From: an uncultured Clostridia bacterium
GTDB taxonomy: Bacteria > Bacillota > Clostridia > Oscillospirales > Oscillospiraceae
DNA length: 64,000 nt
Reading direction: 5' to 3'
NCBI GenBank assembly: GCA_945948535.1
Contig: CAMFBN010000002.1
Location: forward strand, 240-64,239
How positions within the stretch are numbered: the stretch's first letter is position 1; the number at the start of each line of letters is the position of its first letter. Under the pieces are notes generated by a model, which was given only the letters and a program-made list of their open reading frames with translations, was not told the DNA's origin and searched no databases. This document shows, piece by piece, positions 7,716 to 15,992 of this stretch. A program made the translations under genes and the position numbers.

Positions 7716-9311
7716 TCACAATTTGAGGAACTTCGCGATTTTTGCTCCCTTGGGCAGAAGCAGGCAGTCGGACCGGGTAATGGCTTTCAGCTTTACGGCG
7801 GCGAAGGCGTATACGCACACGCCGACGATCACTGGCAGAGCGCACAGCATCAGGCGGCTTCCCAGGCCCAGCAGAGTTAGGCCCCGATAAACGCCGTATA
7901 CGGCTACACCCATGATTGCCGCCGCGAGGAAGGGACGCAGCAAATTTTTCAGCACGGCGGGGGGATTGTCCAGCAGCGCGTGCAGGGAGTAGAGATTCAG
8001 AATGCCAATGGAAACGTAGCACACCAGAATGCCGATGGGAGTACCCAGAATGTTAATGTGGGGATTGCCGGTGAGAATATACACGGCGATGAGATTCAGC
8101 ACGCCGCCGATGAGCATATTCGTCACGGGACGGCCGGCGTGCCCGTGGGCCTGCATGATGGCGGTGGTGACCATGACCACGGCATTGAAGGCGATAGCAA
8201 CGGCAAGTACGAACATGAGCCGGGTGGCAAGGTCCAGATTGGCCCCGGAGTACCGGCCCAGCAGGGCGGTGATGGGCCGGGCCAGCAGGGCCAGGCCAAA
8301 GGCACAGGGCATGGAGATCAGGCCGGTGATGCGCACGGCGGATTCTTCGGTATTTCTGGCCTCAACGTCATTGCACAGGGTCAGCTGGGCGGTAATGGCG
8401 GGGATGATGCTGATGGTGATGGGGGTGATGAAGGCGCAGGGCATATTGAAGATGGTCAGGCACATGCCGTAAATACCCCGCATGGTATCGGCGGCGCCTT
8501 GCGTGTAGCCCAGATTCAGCAGCTGGCCCATGTAAATTTTGGTCTCCATCATGGTGAAGAACTGCAAAATCGCGGAGCCGACGGTGATGGGCACGGCAAT
8601 CATCATCAGGCCCTTGGCGGTGTCCCAGTAGGAACGGGGCTCCTCGGTGGTCACCGGCAGCAAGACGTAGCTCTTGCGGAAGCACAGCCCCAGATAGATG
8701 GAGGACACCAGACAGCTGGCGGTGACGCCCAAGATGGCGCCGCCCGCTGCCAGCGGTACGCTGCCGGTGGTTCTCAGCAGGAACAGAGCGGCGATCATGC
8801 CCACAATCAGCTTCACCACTGCCTCAATGACCTGAGAGATGGAGGTGGGGATCATGTTGCTCTGGCCCTGGAAGAAGCCCCGGAAGGTGCTCATAATGCA
8901 GATGAGCAGCACGCAGGGGCCAAGACAGCCAATGGCGGCCCAGGCGTCGGGCTGGTTCTGGAACTGAGCCAGCTGCCGGCAGAAGACGGTCATCAGCAGG
9001 GTGCCCGCTATGCCAAGGCCGAGGAAAATACCTCTGGCGGTGTGATAAATGCGGCGCACCTGATTGTAGTGCTTTAAAGAGCTGGCCTGGGAGATCATGC
9101 GGCTCATGGCAACGGGCAGGCCCGCCGTGGAGATCATCAGCAGCACGTTATAGATATCGTAGGCGGTGTTGAAGTAGCCGAAGCCCTGCTCGCCAATGAT
9201 GGCGTTCAGGGGAATCTTATACAGGGCACCGATGACCTTGACAATGGCGGTTGCCATGGCAAGCAAGGCCGTACCGTGGAGAAAATTCTGTTTTTTCTGA
9301 GCGTCAGACAT
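7716..9311 (-). CDS. MOP-superfamily flippase (YabM/SpoVB/MurJ-like)
   Basis: KVIGALYKIPL...STAGLPVAMS...RGFFQG...SQVIE; many transmembrane segments; start MSDAQKKQ at 9311. Confidence 0.9.
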   Translation of the reverse strand: MSDAQKKQNFLHGTALLAMATAIVKVIGALYKIPLNAIIGEQGFGYFNTAYDIYNVLLMISTAGLPVAMSRMISQASSLKHYNQVRRIYHTARGIFLGLGIAGTLLMTVFCRQLAQFQNQPDAWAAIGCLGPCVLLICIMSTFRGFFQGQSNMIPTSISQVIEAVVKLIVGMIAALFLLRTTGSVPLAAGGAILGVTASCLVSSIYLGLCFRKSYVLLPVTTEEPRSYWDTAKGLMMIAVPITVGSAILQFFTMMETKIYMGQLLNLGYTQGAADTMRGIYGMCLTIFNMPCAFITPITISIIPAITAQLTLCNDVEARNTEESAVRITGLISMPCAFGLALLARPITALLGRYSGANLDLATRLMFVLAVAIAFNAVVMVTTAIMQAHGHAGRPVTNMLIGGVLNLIAVYILTGNPHINILGTPIGILVCYVSIGILNLYSLHALLDNPPAVLKNLLRPFLAAAIMGVAVYGVYRGLTLLGLGSRLMLCALPVIVGVCVYAFAAVKLKAITRSDCLLLPKGAKIAKFLKL

Positions 9312-9331
9312 GAAAAACGTCCTTTCGGGGC

Positions 9332-9426
9332 GGCCCGCAAGGCGGGCGGCTAATGCGTTACGAACACTGGCGGTCAATGTTACACCATTGGGCACTGCTC
9401 GGTATCGCTTTCTGGTACTGTTAATT
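9332..9426. repeat. REP-like element C, copy 1
   Basis: Hairpin GCCCGC-AAG-GCGGGC, then AATGCGT...GTTACACCATTGGG...CTCGGTATCGCTTTCTGG, shared with 18126-18216. Confidence 0.75.
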
Positions 9427-9429
9427 AGA

Positions 9430-9615
9430 TAAATTGTTCTTTAGTTGACAATTGACAGTTGACAATTTAGGAGTCCCTGCGGGACAATTAAAAAATGTCA
9501 TAACTGGCAGGTTCCTTTGGGAAACCCACTGGTATTTCGTGCTTGTAGTTTATTTTAATTCATCCCGAAGGGATACCACAATTGTCAATTGTTCATTGTT
9601 AATTGTCAATTCAAT
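9430..9615 (+). repeat. Heptamer-arm element, long type, copy 1
   Basis: (TTGACAA)n left arm, hairpins 9473-9485 and 9562-9574, inverted (TTGTCAA)n right arm; near-identical to 18221-18412 and 40203-40396. Confidence 0.92.
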
Positions 9616-9629
9616 TCTTGTTTACCGGA

Positions 9630-10946
9630 TTATTTGGTTTCCTCAAACAATTTGGGAATTGCGTAGGTGGTCAGTTCCTCCACCACTTCCTTTAAGTCGA
9701 TGGTGGGGAAGGTGCCGTTCTGGTACAGAATTCTGCCCCGAACCATGGTCATGGCCACATCGCCGCCCTTGGCGGACCACAGAAGGCCGTTCAGCACATT
9801 GTGGCAGGGCATCAGGTGGGGAGCGGTGAAATCCACGAGAACAATGTCCGCGTCCATGCCCACCTGCAGCATCCCGCATTCCTTGCTCCTGCCCTGGGCC
9901 TGCGCGCCGGTGACGGTGGCCATCATCAGGGCGGCGGAAGCGGGAAGGGTGGCGCTGTCGCCGCTTTCCTTCCGGGCGTCCATGGCGGCAAAGCGCATGA
10001 CCTCGAACAGATCCAGGTTGCCGCACTCGATAGCGCCGCCGGTGCCGAGCGCCACATTCATGCCGGCCTTTACGGACTCCAGAATGGGGGTGGTAGCCTC
10101 CCCGGATTTGTAGGCGGCAACGGGAGTCGCCACGGCAGTAACGTGCTTTTTCCCTAACAGTTTACGCTCATGGGGCTCCAGATATGTACAGCTGGCGGCG
10201 GTGGTGGGGACGCAGAACAGCCTGTGGCAGTCCAGAAGCTCCCCGGGGCCCATGCCGGTGCGCTCCAGACAGGATTCCACCTCGCCCTTTGTCTCTGCCA
10301 GATGCAGCTGCATTCCGATGCCTTTCTCGAAGGCGTAGCCGGCAAGCCCTTCCCAGAGACGGTAGTTGCTGGTGTACTCGGCGTAGATGCCCGCGTCGAT
10401 TTTGATGCGCCCCTCGTCAAAGCCGTTCCACCGGTCAACCACCCGGACAAGCTCCTGACACTGCTCGTCGGTTTCAAAATCGAATTCCTCGTTGGGGTCG
10501 ATGAAGCGGTAGCTGGAAAGGGCCAGATTGGCCTTGATGCCGGACTGGGCCACGGCCTCGGCGGTGGCGTTGGGGTAATAGTACAGGTCGGAAACCGAGG
10601 TCACGCCAAAACGCAGACATTCGGCGATGGCGAGAAGCGCGGCGGATTTCGCACTGCGGGAGTCCATTTTGGCTTCCTTTTGGAGCAATGCCTGCAGGGC
10701 TTCCGTGTTGCCTAAATCATCGGTGTAACTGCGTAGTCCGGCGGTGGCCAGGTGGGTGTGGCAGTTCACAAGACCGGGAATCGCCACCATGCCGGTGCCG
10801 TCAATGATGGTTTTTGGCGGCTGGGCCGGGGCGGATTTGCTGATGGAGACGATTTTGCCGCCGTCGATGCCGATGTACGCACCGAAAATGACCTCCATCC
10901 GGGGATTCATGGTCACGGCGGTGACGTTGGAGATTAAAGTGTCCAA
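9630..10946 (-). CDS. Amidohydrolase family (MtaD-like), with altered metal-ligand motifs
   Basis: PGLVNCHTH, HLAET, ADIVLVD; TTG start after AGGAAAGG; LGTGG instead of the usual LGTDG. Confidence 0.85.
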   Translation of the reverse strand: MDTLISNVTAVTMNPRMEVIFGAYIGIDGGKIVSISKSAPAQPPKTIIDGTGMVAIPGLVNCHTHLATAGLRSYTDDLGNTEALQALLQKEAKMDSRSAKSAALLAIAECLRFGVTSVSDLYYYPNATAEAVAQSGIKANLALSSYRFIDPNEEFDFETDEQCQELVRVVDRWNGFDEGRIKIDAGIYAEYTSNYRLWEGLAGYAFEKGIGMQLHLAETKGEVESCLERTGMGPGELLDCHRLFCVPTTAASCTYLEPHERKLLGKKHVTAVATPVAAYKSGEATTPILESVKAGMNVALGTGGAIECGNLDLFEVMRFAAMDARKESGDSATLPASAALMMATVTGAQAQGRSKECGMLQVGMDADIVLVDFTAPHLMPCHNVLNGLLWSAKGGDVAMTMVRGRILYQNGTFPTIDLKEVVEELTTYAIPKLFEETK

Positions 10947-10966
10947 AGATAACAACCTTTCCTAAA

Positions 10967-11030
10967 AAATGCAGAATGCAGGACAAATTGTACGGAACAA
11001 TTCTGCATTCATCATTTATCATTTTGCATT
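10967..11030. repeat. Heptamer-arm element, minimal copy overlapping the hemZ 3' end
   Basis: AATGCAGAATGCAG arm, small hairpin, then TTCTGCATT CATCATT TATCATT TTGCATT; same arms as 31880-32000. Confidence 0.7.
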
Positions 11031-12442
11031 AGCAGGAACAGTTCCTGTTTCTGCTGAAGCACGGAGTCGATCATTTCGATGTACTGTTCCGGGAATTTGG
11101 GGTTATGGAAGCGCTGAAGGGTGCCGTCGGGCAGATTGACCTTGTTCATCCCGCCGCCGCCCAGAGAGACGATGGTGTGCAGCTCCTCCATCATATAAAT
11201 ATTGTACAGGCAGTCCAGGCCATCCCGGCTCCAGCCTACGTTTTCAAAGCTGCCGGACATATATTTCTGCCGGTACAGGTAGTAGGGCTTGTAGCCGAGA
11301 CTGCGCAGCGTCAGATTGGCGTAGTCCACCATCCGGGCCACCTCCTCTGCCGTGGACAGGCCCTCCCGTTTTTCGAACAAATCCGCTCCTTTTTTCAGCG
11401 CCAGAGTGTGGACGGTGATGTTGGCGGGATTCAGGCCGGCAACCGCGTCCAGAGAGCGGCGGAAGCCGTCAAAATCATCCTGAGGCAGTCCGGCAATCAA
11501 ATCCATGTTGATGGCGGCGAAGCCCGCGTCAACGGCTTCCCGGTAGGCCCGAAGCACATCCTCGGCTTTATGGGGCCGTCCGCAGGCATGGAGCACATGG
11601 TCTTCCATGGTCTGGGGGTTGATGCTCATGCGGTCGGCACCGTGCTCCCGAATGGCCCGGAGCTTTTCCGCGTCCAGTGTGTCCGGGCGTCCGCCCTCCA
11701 CGGTAAATTCGATGCAGCGGTCAAAATTAAAGGAGGAACGCAGAGTGTCCAGCAGCCGAATCATTTGGGGCGTAGACAGGGTAGTGGGCGTACCGCCGCC
11801 GATGTACAGGGTGCGAAGATGCCTGCCGCTTTTTTCCATAAGTTCTGCCGTAACCCGGATTTCCTGCTCCAATGCGGCGAGATACGGCTCCAAAAGCTCG
11901 GTTTTCTTGCCGATGGTGCGGCTGACAAAGCTGCAATAGGTGCACCGGGTGGGGCAGAAGGGAATGCCTACATAGACAGACACATCCTCCGGCTCCATGC
12001 GCTTCACGGCATTCACGGTGGACAGCGAGCAGTCTACCGCCAGCTTCCGCCGATCCTCCGTCACAAAGTATACATCCTTCATGAGCTTTTCCGCGGATTT
12101 CGGCGTGCCGCCCTCCAGAAGGTGCTTTGTGGTGATTTTGGTGGGCCGAACACCTGCCAGCGCGCCCCATGCCGGAACCTTTGGCAGCAGCTGAACGGCG
12201 GCAAGGTAGTAGCTTTGCTGTAAAATCCGGCGGCGTAAGCGCACGGTTTCCTCCGATGCTTTCAGGCGGCGGGAAGAGTGGACGGTCTTCCCGTTCAGGG
12301 TGATTCTCGCGGTGGCGGTAAGGTATGTTCCTCCCCGATGGAGGGCGGATTCTGCCGTGCCCTCCGGGTTATCCGGGAACAGCGCCATTTGCAGCTGCTC
12401 CACGGCGTAACGGTCGTCATGACCGATGAGTGTCAAGTTCAT
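11012..12442 (-). CDS. hemZ: Radical SAM protein, HemZ family
   Basis: WGALAGVRPTK, YVGIPFCPTRCTYCSF, YIGGGTPT, KPYYLYRQK. Confidence 0.92.
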   Translation of the reverse strand: MNLTLIGHDDRYAVEQLQMALFPDNPEGTAESALHRGGTYLTATARITLNGKTVHSSRRLKASEETVRLRRRILQQSYYLAAVQLLPKVPAWGALAGVRPTKITTKHLLEGGTPKSAEKLMKDVYFVTEDRRKLAVDCSLSTVNAVKRMEPEDVSVYVGIPFCPTRCTYCSFVSRTIGKKTELLEPYLAALEQEIRVTAELMEKSGRHLRTLYIGGGTPTTLSTPQMIRLLDTLRSSFNFDRCIEFTVEGGRPDTLDAEKLRAIREHGADRMSINPQTMEDHVLHACGRPHKAEDVLRAYREAVDAGFAAINMDLIAGLPQDDFDGFRRSLDAVAGLNPANITVHTLALKKGADLFEKREGLSTAEEVARMVDYANLTLRSLGYKPYYLYRQKYMSGSFENVGWSRDGLDCLYNIYMMEELHTIVSLGGGGMNKVNLPDGTLQRFHNPKFPEQYIEMIDSVLQQKQELFLLMQNDK

Positions 12443-12481
12443 AGCGGTTCCTCGTATGCGGCAGGGCAAGCCCACAGAGTG

Positions 12482-13072
12482 TCAGTGCAGATAAGGGTTA
12501 TACTTCTTTTCACTTTCCAGCATGGTGGATTCTCCGTGACCGGGAAGCACCCACAGGTTGGCTTCGATTTCAGACAGCCGCTTCAGGGAGGCGCGCATCT
12601 GCTCCCAGCTGCCGCCGGGCAGATCGGTGCGTCCGCAGCTTCCCGCGAACAGGGTATCGCCGGAGAACAGCGTGTTTTCCGTCAGCAGACACACGGAGCC
12701 GGGGGTATGGCCCGGGGTTTGCAGGACAGAGATATCCAGCCCCGCAAAGTGCAGCTCTGTCCCTTCAGCGTAGGTATTCGTGTAGTAGAGCGGCCCGGCG
12801 GTGAGATTCGTTGGCAGAGCCAAGTCGTCCGCGCACAGCCAGACCTGACAGCCGGTGTCTGCCGCCAGATCCCGGACAGCCCCCACGTGGTCAAAATGCC
12901 CGTGGGTCAGCAAAATGGCTTCCAACGTCAGCCCCAGCTCGCTGAGCTTATCCACAATGGTATCCGCCTCATAGCCGGGGTCGATGACGCAGCAGAAAGG
13001 GCTTTTTTCGTCGTGGATGATGTAGCAGCTGACCTGATAGGCCCCCAAAGTCAGGGCGTGAACCTTTAACAT
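12482..13072 (-). CDS. MBL-fold metallo-hydrolase (glyoxalase II-like)
   Basis: THGHFDH, TPGHTPGS, FSGDTLF, PGHG. Confidence 0.92.
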   Translation of the reverse strand: MLKVHALTLGAYQVSCYIIHDEKSPFCCVIDPGYEADTIVDKLSELGLTLEAILLTHGHFDHVGAVRDLAADTGCQVWLCADDLALPTNLTAGPLYYTNTYAEGTELHFAGLDISVLQTPGHTPGSVCLLTENTLFSGDTLFAGSCGRTDLPGGSWEQMRASLKRLSEIEANLWVLPGHGESTMLESEKKYNPYLH

Positions 13073-13082
13073 GGGTTTCTCC

Positions 13083-13547
13083 TTATCTTCTCGGCGTGTC
13101 CATCAGCTGCTCGGTGTCCAGAATCAGGGTCACTGGGCCATCGTTGATGGATTCCACCTTCATGTCCGCGCCGAACCGTCCGTGCTGGGGCGGATAGCCC
13201 AACTCAGCGCAGTCCGACAGGAATTTTTCGTACAAAGCGCTACCCAGCTCCGGATTTGCCGCGTCGGTGAAGCTGGGGCGGCGGCCCTTGCGGCAATTGC
13301 CGTAAAGGGTGAACTGGCTGACAATGAGCACCTCGCCGTTTACAGCGTCCAGTCCCAGATTCATTTTTCCGTTTTCGTCCTCGAAAACCCGCAGTCCCAG
13401 AGCCTTTTCCGCCAGATACCGGCATTCTTTTTCCGTATCGTTGGGGCCGACCCCCAGCAGAATCAGAAAGCCCTGACCGATTTTTCCGACGATTTCGCCG
13501 TCAATGGCGACAGAGGCGGATTTGACTCTTGTGAGTACAGCTCGCAT
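13083..13547 (-). CDS. dtd: D-aminoacyl-tRNA deacylase
   Basis: MRAVLTRV...SQFTLY...GRRPSF...NDGPVT. Confidence 0.96.
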   Translation of the reverse strand: MRAVLTRVKSASVAIDGEIVGKIGQGFLILLGVGPNDTEKECRYLAEKALGLRVFEDENGKMNLGLDAVNGEVLIVSQFTLYGNCRKGRRPSFTDAANPELGSALYEKFLSDCAELGYPPQHGRFGADMKVESINDGPVTLILDTEQLMDTPRR

Positions 13548-13551
13548 GGCG

Positions 13552-13779
13552 TCACTCCTCGTCCTCTGCTTCGTCTGCGTCAGACGGAAGCGCAACGCCG
13601 TTGCCGGAATTGTTGCTGCCGTTGTTGCTGCCGATGCAGACGTTCTTTTTGGGGCTGAGCATGATACCTGTCACAATGCCGGCAAGGGTGCAGACTGCCA
13701 GTCCCAGCACCAGCTCCCGCTGATTGACGATAATTCTGCGATCCAGAGACTTCCAGCAGGCTTTGATTTTTTCTGTCAT
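13552..13779 (-). CDS. Small single-TM hypothetical protein
   Basis: Fills the relA-dtd gap exactly; hydrophobic segment followed by SPKK...GSNNGSNN and an acidic tail. Confidence 0.7.
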   Translation of the reverse strand: MTEKIKACWKSLDRRIIVNQRELVLGLAVCTLAGIVTGIMLSPKKNVCIGSNNGSNNSGNGVALPSDADEAEDEE

Positions 13780-13792
13780 AACCCATTCCTCC

Positions 13793-15985
13793 TTAATTCT
13801 GACCTCTCCGGGAATTGGTCACATCCCGGATATTCAGCAGTTTTTTGCGGATGGAATCCAGCTCCGCCACATTTTTGACCTCAAAGCGAATGATGATGGT
13901 GCTGCGTCCGCCGGGAAGGTCCTTGGCGTTCAGCTCCTTGACCCGAACCCGGGCGGTGGTCATCACCGTTGCCACGTCCAGCACCAGACCGTCCCGCGTG
14001 ATGCAGTCCAGCTCCAGCGTGGTCTCGAAGGGCTGCTCCTCCTGGGTGGCCCAGCGCACCCGCACCCAGCGGGCGGCCTGCCGGGGGTCGTCCCGGTTCG
14101 CGGCGTTGGGGCAGTCGGCCCGGTGGATGCTGACGCCGAAGCCCTTGGTGATGAAGCCCACGATGGCGTCGCCGGGAACGGGGGTGCAGCACTTGGCGAA
14201 TTTAATCATGCAGGAGTCGATGTCCTCCACGATGACGCCGTTGACCGCGTGGCGGTTGAGAAGGTCTGCGTCGGAGTCGGGGCGCACCCGCAGGGGGCTG
14301 ACGGGCAGCTTCTCGGCGGCCTGGGCCTTCACCGCCTTGTTCACATCGTCCCGAATGCGGCCCACGGCCTTGGTGGCGGTAAGGCCGCCGTAGCCGATGG
14401 CGGCGTACATATCGTCCCAGCTGTCAAAGGCCAGCTTTTTCAGCAGGTGGGGTTCCAGCTCCGGATCGGCGACGGCGGTCAGCGGCAGGCCCACCCGCTT
14501 CATTTCCGCCTCGAAGGAGGCCCGGCCGTGGAGAATATTCTCCTCCCGCTTTTCCTTCTTGAACCACTGCTTGATCTTGGTGCGGGCCTGATTGGACTTG
14601 CAGATGGTCAGCCAGTCCCGGCTGGGGCCCTTGGCGGATTTGGAGGTCAGCACCTCCACAATGTCGCCGTTGCGCAGCTTGGTGTCGATGTTGGCGATGC
14701 GGTTGTTGACCTTTGCGCCGATCATGGCGTTGCCCACGCCGGAGTGGATGGCATAGGCAAAGTCGATGGGGGTGGAACCGGCGGGCAGGGAGACGATGCG
14801 GCCCTTGGGGGTGTAGACGAAGACCTCGTCGTCGAACATATCGATCTTCATATCCTGCACGAATTCCTCGGCGTCGGAATCCTGCTGGGTTTCCAGCAAT
14901 CGGCGAACCCATTCAAAGTCCTTCTCCGTGCCGGCGCCGGTGCCCTGCTTGTACTTCCAGTGGGCGGCGATGCCGTATTCGGCGGTTTCGTGCATTTCCC
15001 AGGTGCGAATCTGCACCTCAAAGGGGATGCCCTGAGAGCCGATAACGGTGGTGTGCAGAGACTGGTACATATTGGGCTTGGGGGTGGAGATATAGTCCTT
15101 GAAACGTCCGGGCACCAGATTGAACAGGTCGTGGACATGGCCCAGCACATTGTAGCAGTCGGGAATGGAATCCACGATTACCCGGAAGGCGTAGATGTCA
15201 TACAGCTCGTCGATGGTCTTGCCCTGAGACTGCATCTTGCGGTAGATGGAGTAGACGTGCTTAATGCGTCCATAGGTCTTGTTGTGGATGCCCACGGAGG
15301 ACAGGCGCCGGGTGATTTTGTCCTGAATGGTGCGCATGAACACCTCGTCCTGTTCCTTGTGGGCGTTCAGGTAATTCATAATCTCGTTGTAGGAATCCGG
15401 CGCCAGATACCGCAGGGCGATATCCTCCAGCTCCCACTTGATCTTCTGCATACCTAACCGGTGGGCCAGAGGGGCGTAGATATCCATGGTCTCCCGGCAC
15501 TTTTTGATCTGCTTTTCCGGGGTCTGGTACTGCATGGTGCGCATATTGTGAAGCCGGTCGGCAATTTTGATGAGCACCACCCGGATGTCCTTGGACATGG
15601 CCATGAACATTTTCCGCAGATTCTCCATCTGCTCCTGCTCGGAGGTGGAGAAATTGGCCCGGGTCAGCTTGGTGACACCCTCCACCAGCTCCGCTACCGT
15701 GGTACCGAAGATCTTCTCGATTTCCTCGTGGGAGGCGTCGGTATCCTCAATGCAGTCGTGGAGCAGCGCGCCCAGCACGGCGTCCTGGTCCAGACCCATT
15801 TCCGCTACGATTTGGGCCACAGCAAGAGGGTGGATGATGTAGGGGGAGCCGTCCTTGCGCTTTTGCAGCTTGTGCTTAACGTTTGCGTAGTCCACCGCCT
15901 TGTCAATGAGCTGCATATCCGCGCCGGGCATCCGCTTCAAAATCGCGGCGTGCATGGCGGCATAGTGTTCTTCAAAGGTTTCCAT
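13793..15985 (-). CDS. relA: Bifunctional (p)ppGpp synthetase/hydrolase
   Basis: HD motif LLHDCIED, KIADRLHNMRT, YQSLHT, EVQIRT, TGS, KCCTP, C-terminal ACT. Confidence 0.97.
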   Translation of the reverse strand: METFEEHYAAMHAAILKRMPGADMQLIDKAVDYANVKHKLQKRKDGSPYIIHPLAVAQIVAEMGLDQDAVLGALLHDCIEDTDASHEEIEKIFGTTVAELVEGVTKLTRANFSTSEQEQMENLRKMFMAMSKDIRVVLIKIADRLHNMRTMQYQTPEKQIKKCRETMDIYAPLAHRLGMQKIKWELEDIALRYLAPDSYNEIMNYLNAHKEQDEVFMRTIQDKITRRLSSVGIHNKTYGRIKHVYSIYRKMQSQGKTIDELYDIYAFRVIVDSIPDCYNVLGHVHDLFNLVPGRFKDYISTPKPNMYQSLHTTVIGSQGIPFEVQIRTWEMHETAEYGIAAHWKYKQGTGAGTEKDFEWVRRLLETQQDSDAEEFVQDMKIDMFDDEVFVYTPKGRIVSLPAGSTPIDFAYAIHSGVGNAMIGAKVNNRIANIDTKLRNGDIVEVLTSKSAKGPSRDWLTICKSNQARTKIKQWFKKEKREENILHGRASFEAEMKRVGLPLTAVADPELEPHLLKKLAFDSWDDMYAAIGYGGLTATKAVGRIRDDVNKAVKAQAAEKLPVSPLRVRPDSDADLLNRHAVNGVIVEDIDSCMIKFAKCCTPVPGDAIVGFITKGFGVSIHRADCPNAANRDDPRQAARWVRVRWATQEEQPFETTLELDCITRDGLVLDVATVMTTARVRVKELNAKDLPGGRSTIIIRFEVKNVAELDSIRKKLLNIRDVTNSRRGQN

Positions 15986-15992
15986 TTTCTTT

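Noticed and set aside
7631-7716. Absence of mazG/yabN between yabM and hup, and of apt between recJ and relA
   Set aside because: Ordinary synteny variation; the gaps are short with no pseudogene trace.
9430-9615. Heptamer repeats as a CRISPR array
   Set aside because: 7-bp tandem units with no unique spacers, and no cas genes in the window.
13724-15457. Long antisense ORFs (also 7980-9077, 16305-17345, 33075-34295, 44693-46408, 54285-55922, 58601-60004, 61532-63862)
   Set aside because: They lie exactly opposite well-supported genes and are explained by GC-rich codon bias reducing stops on the reverse strand; no recognisable motifs or SD sequences.
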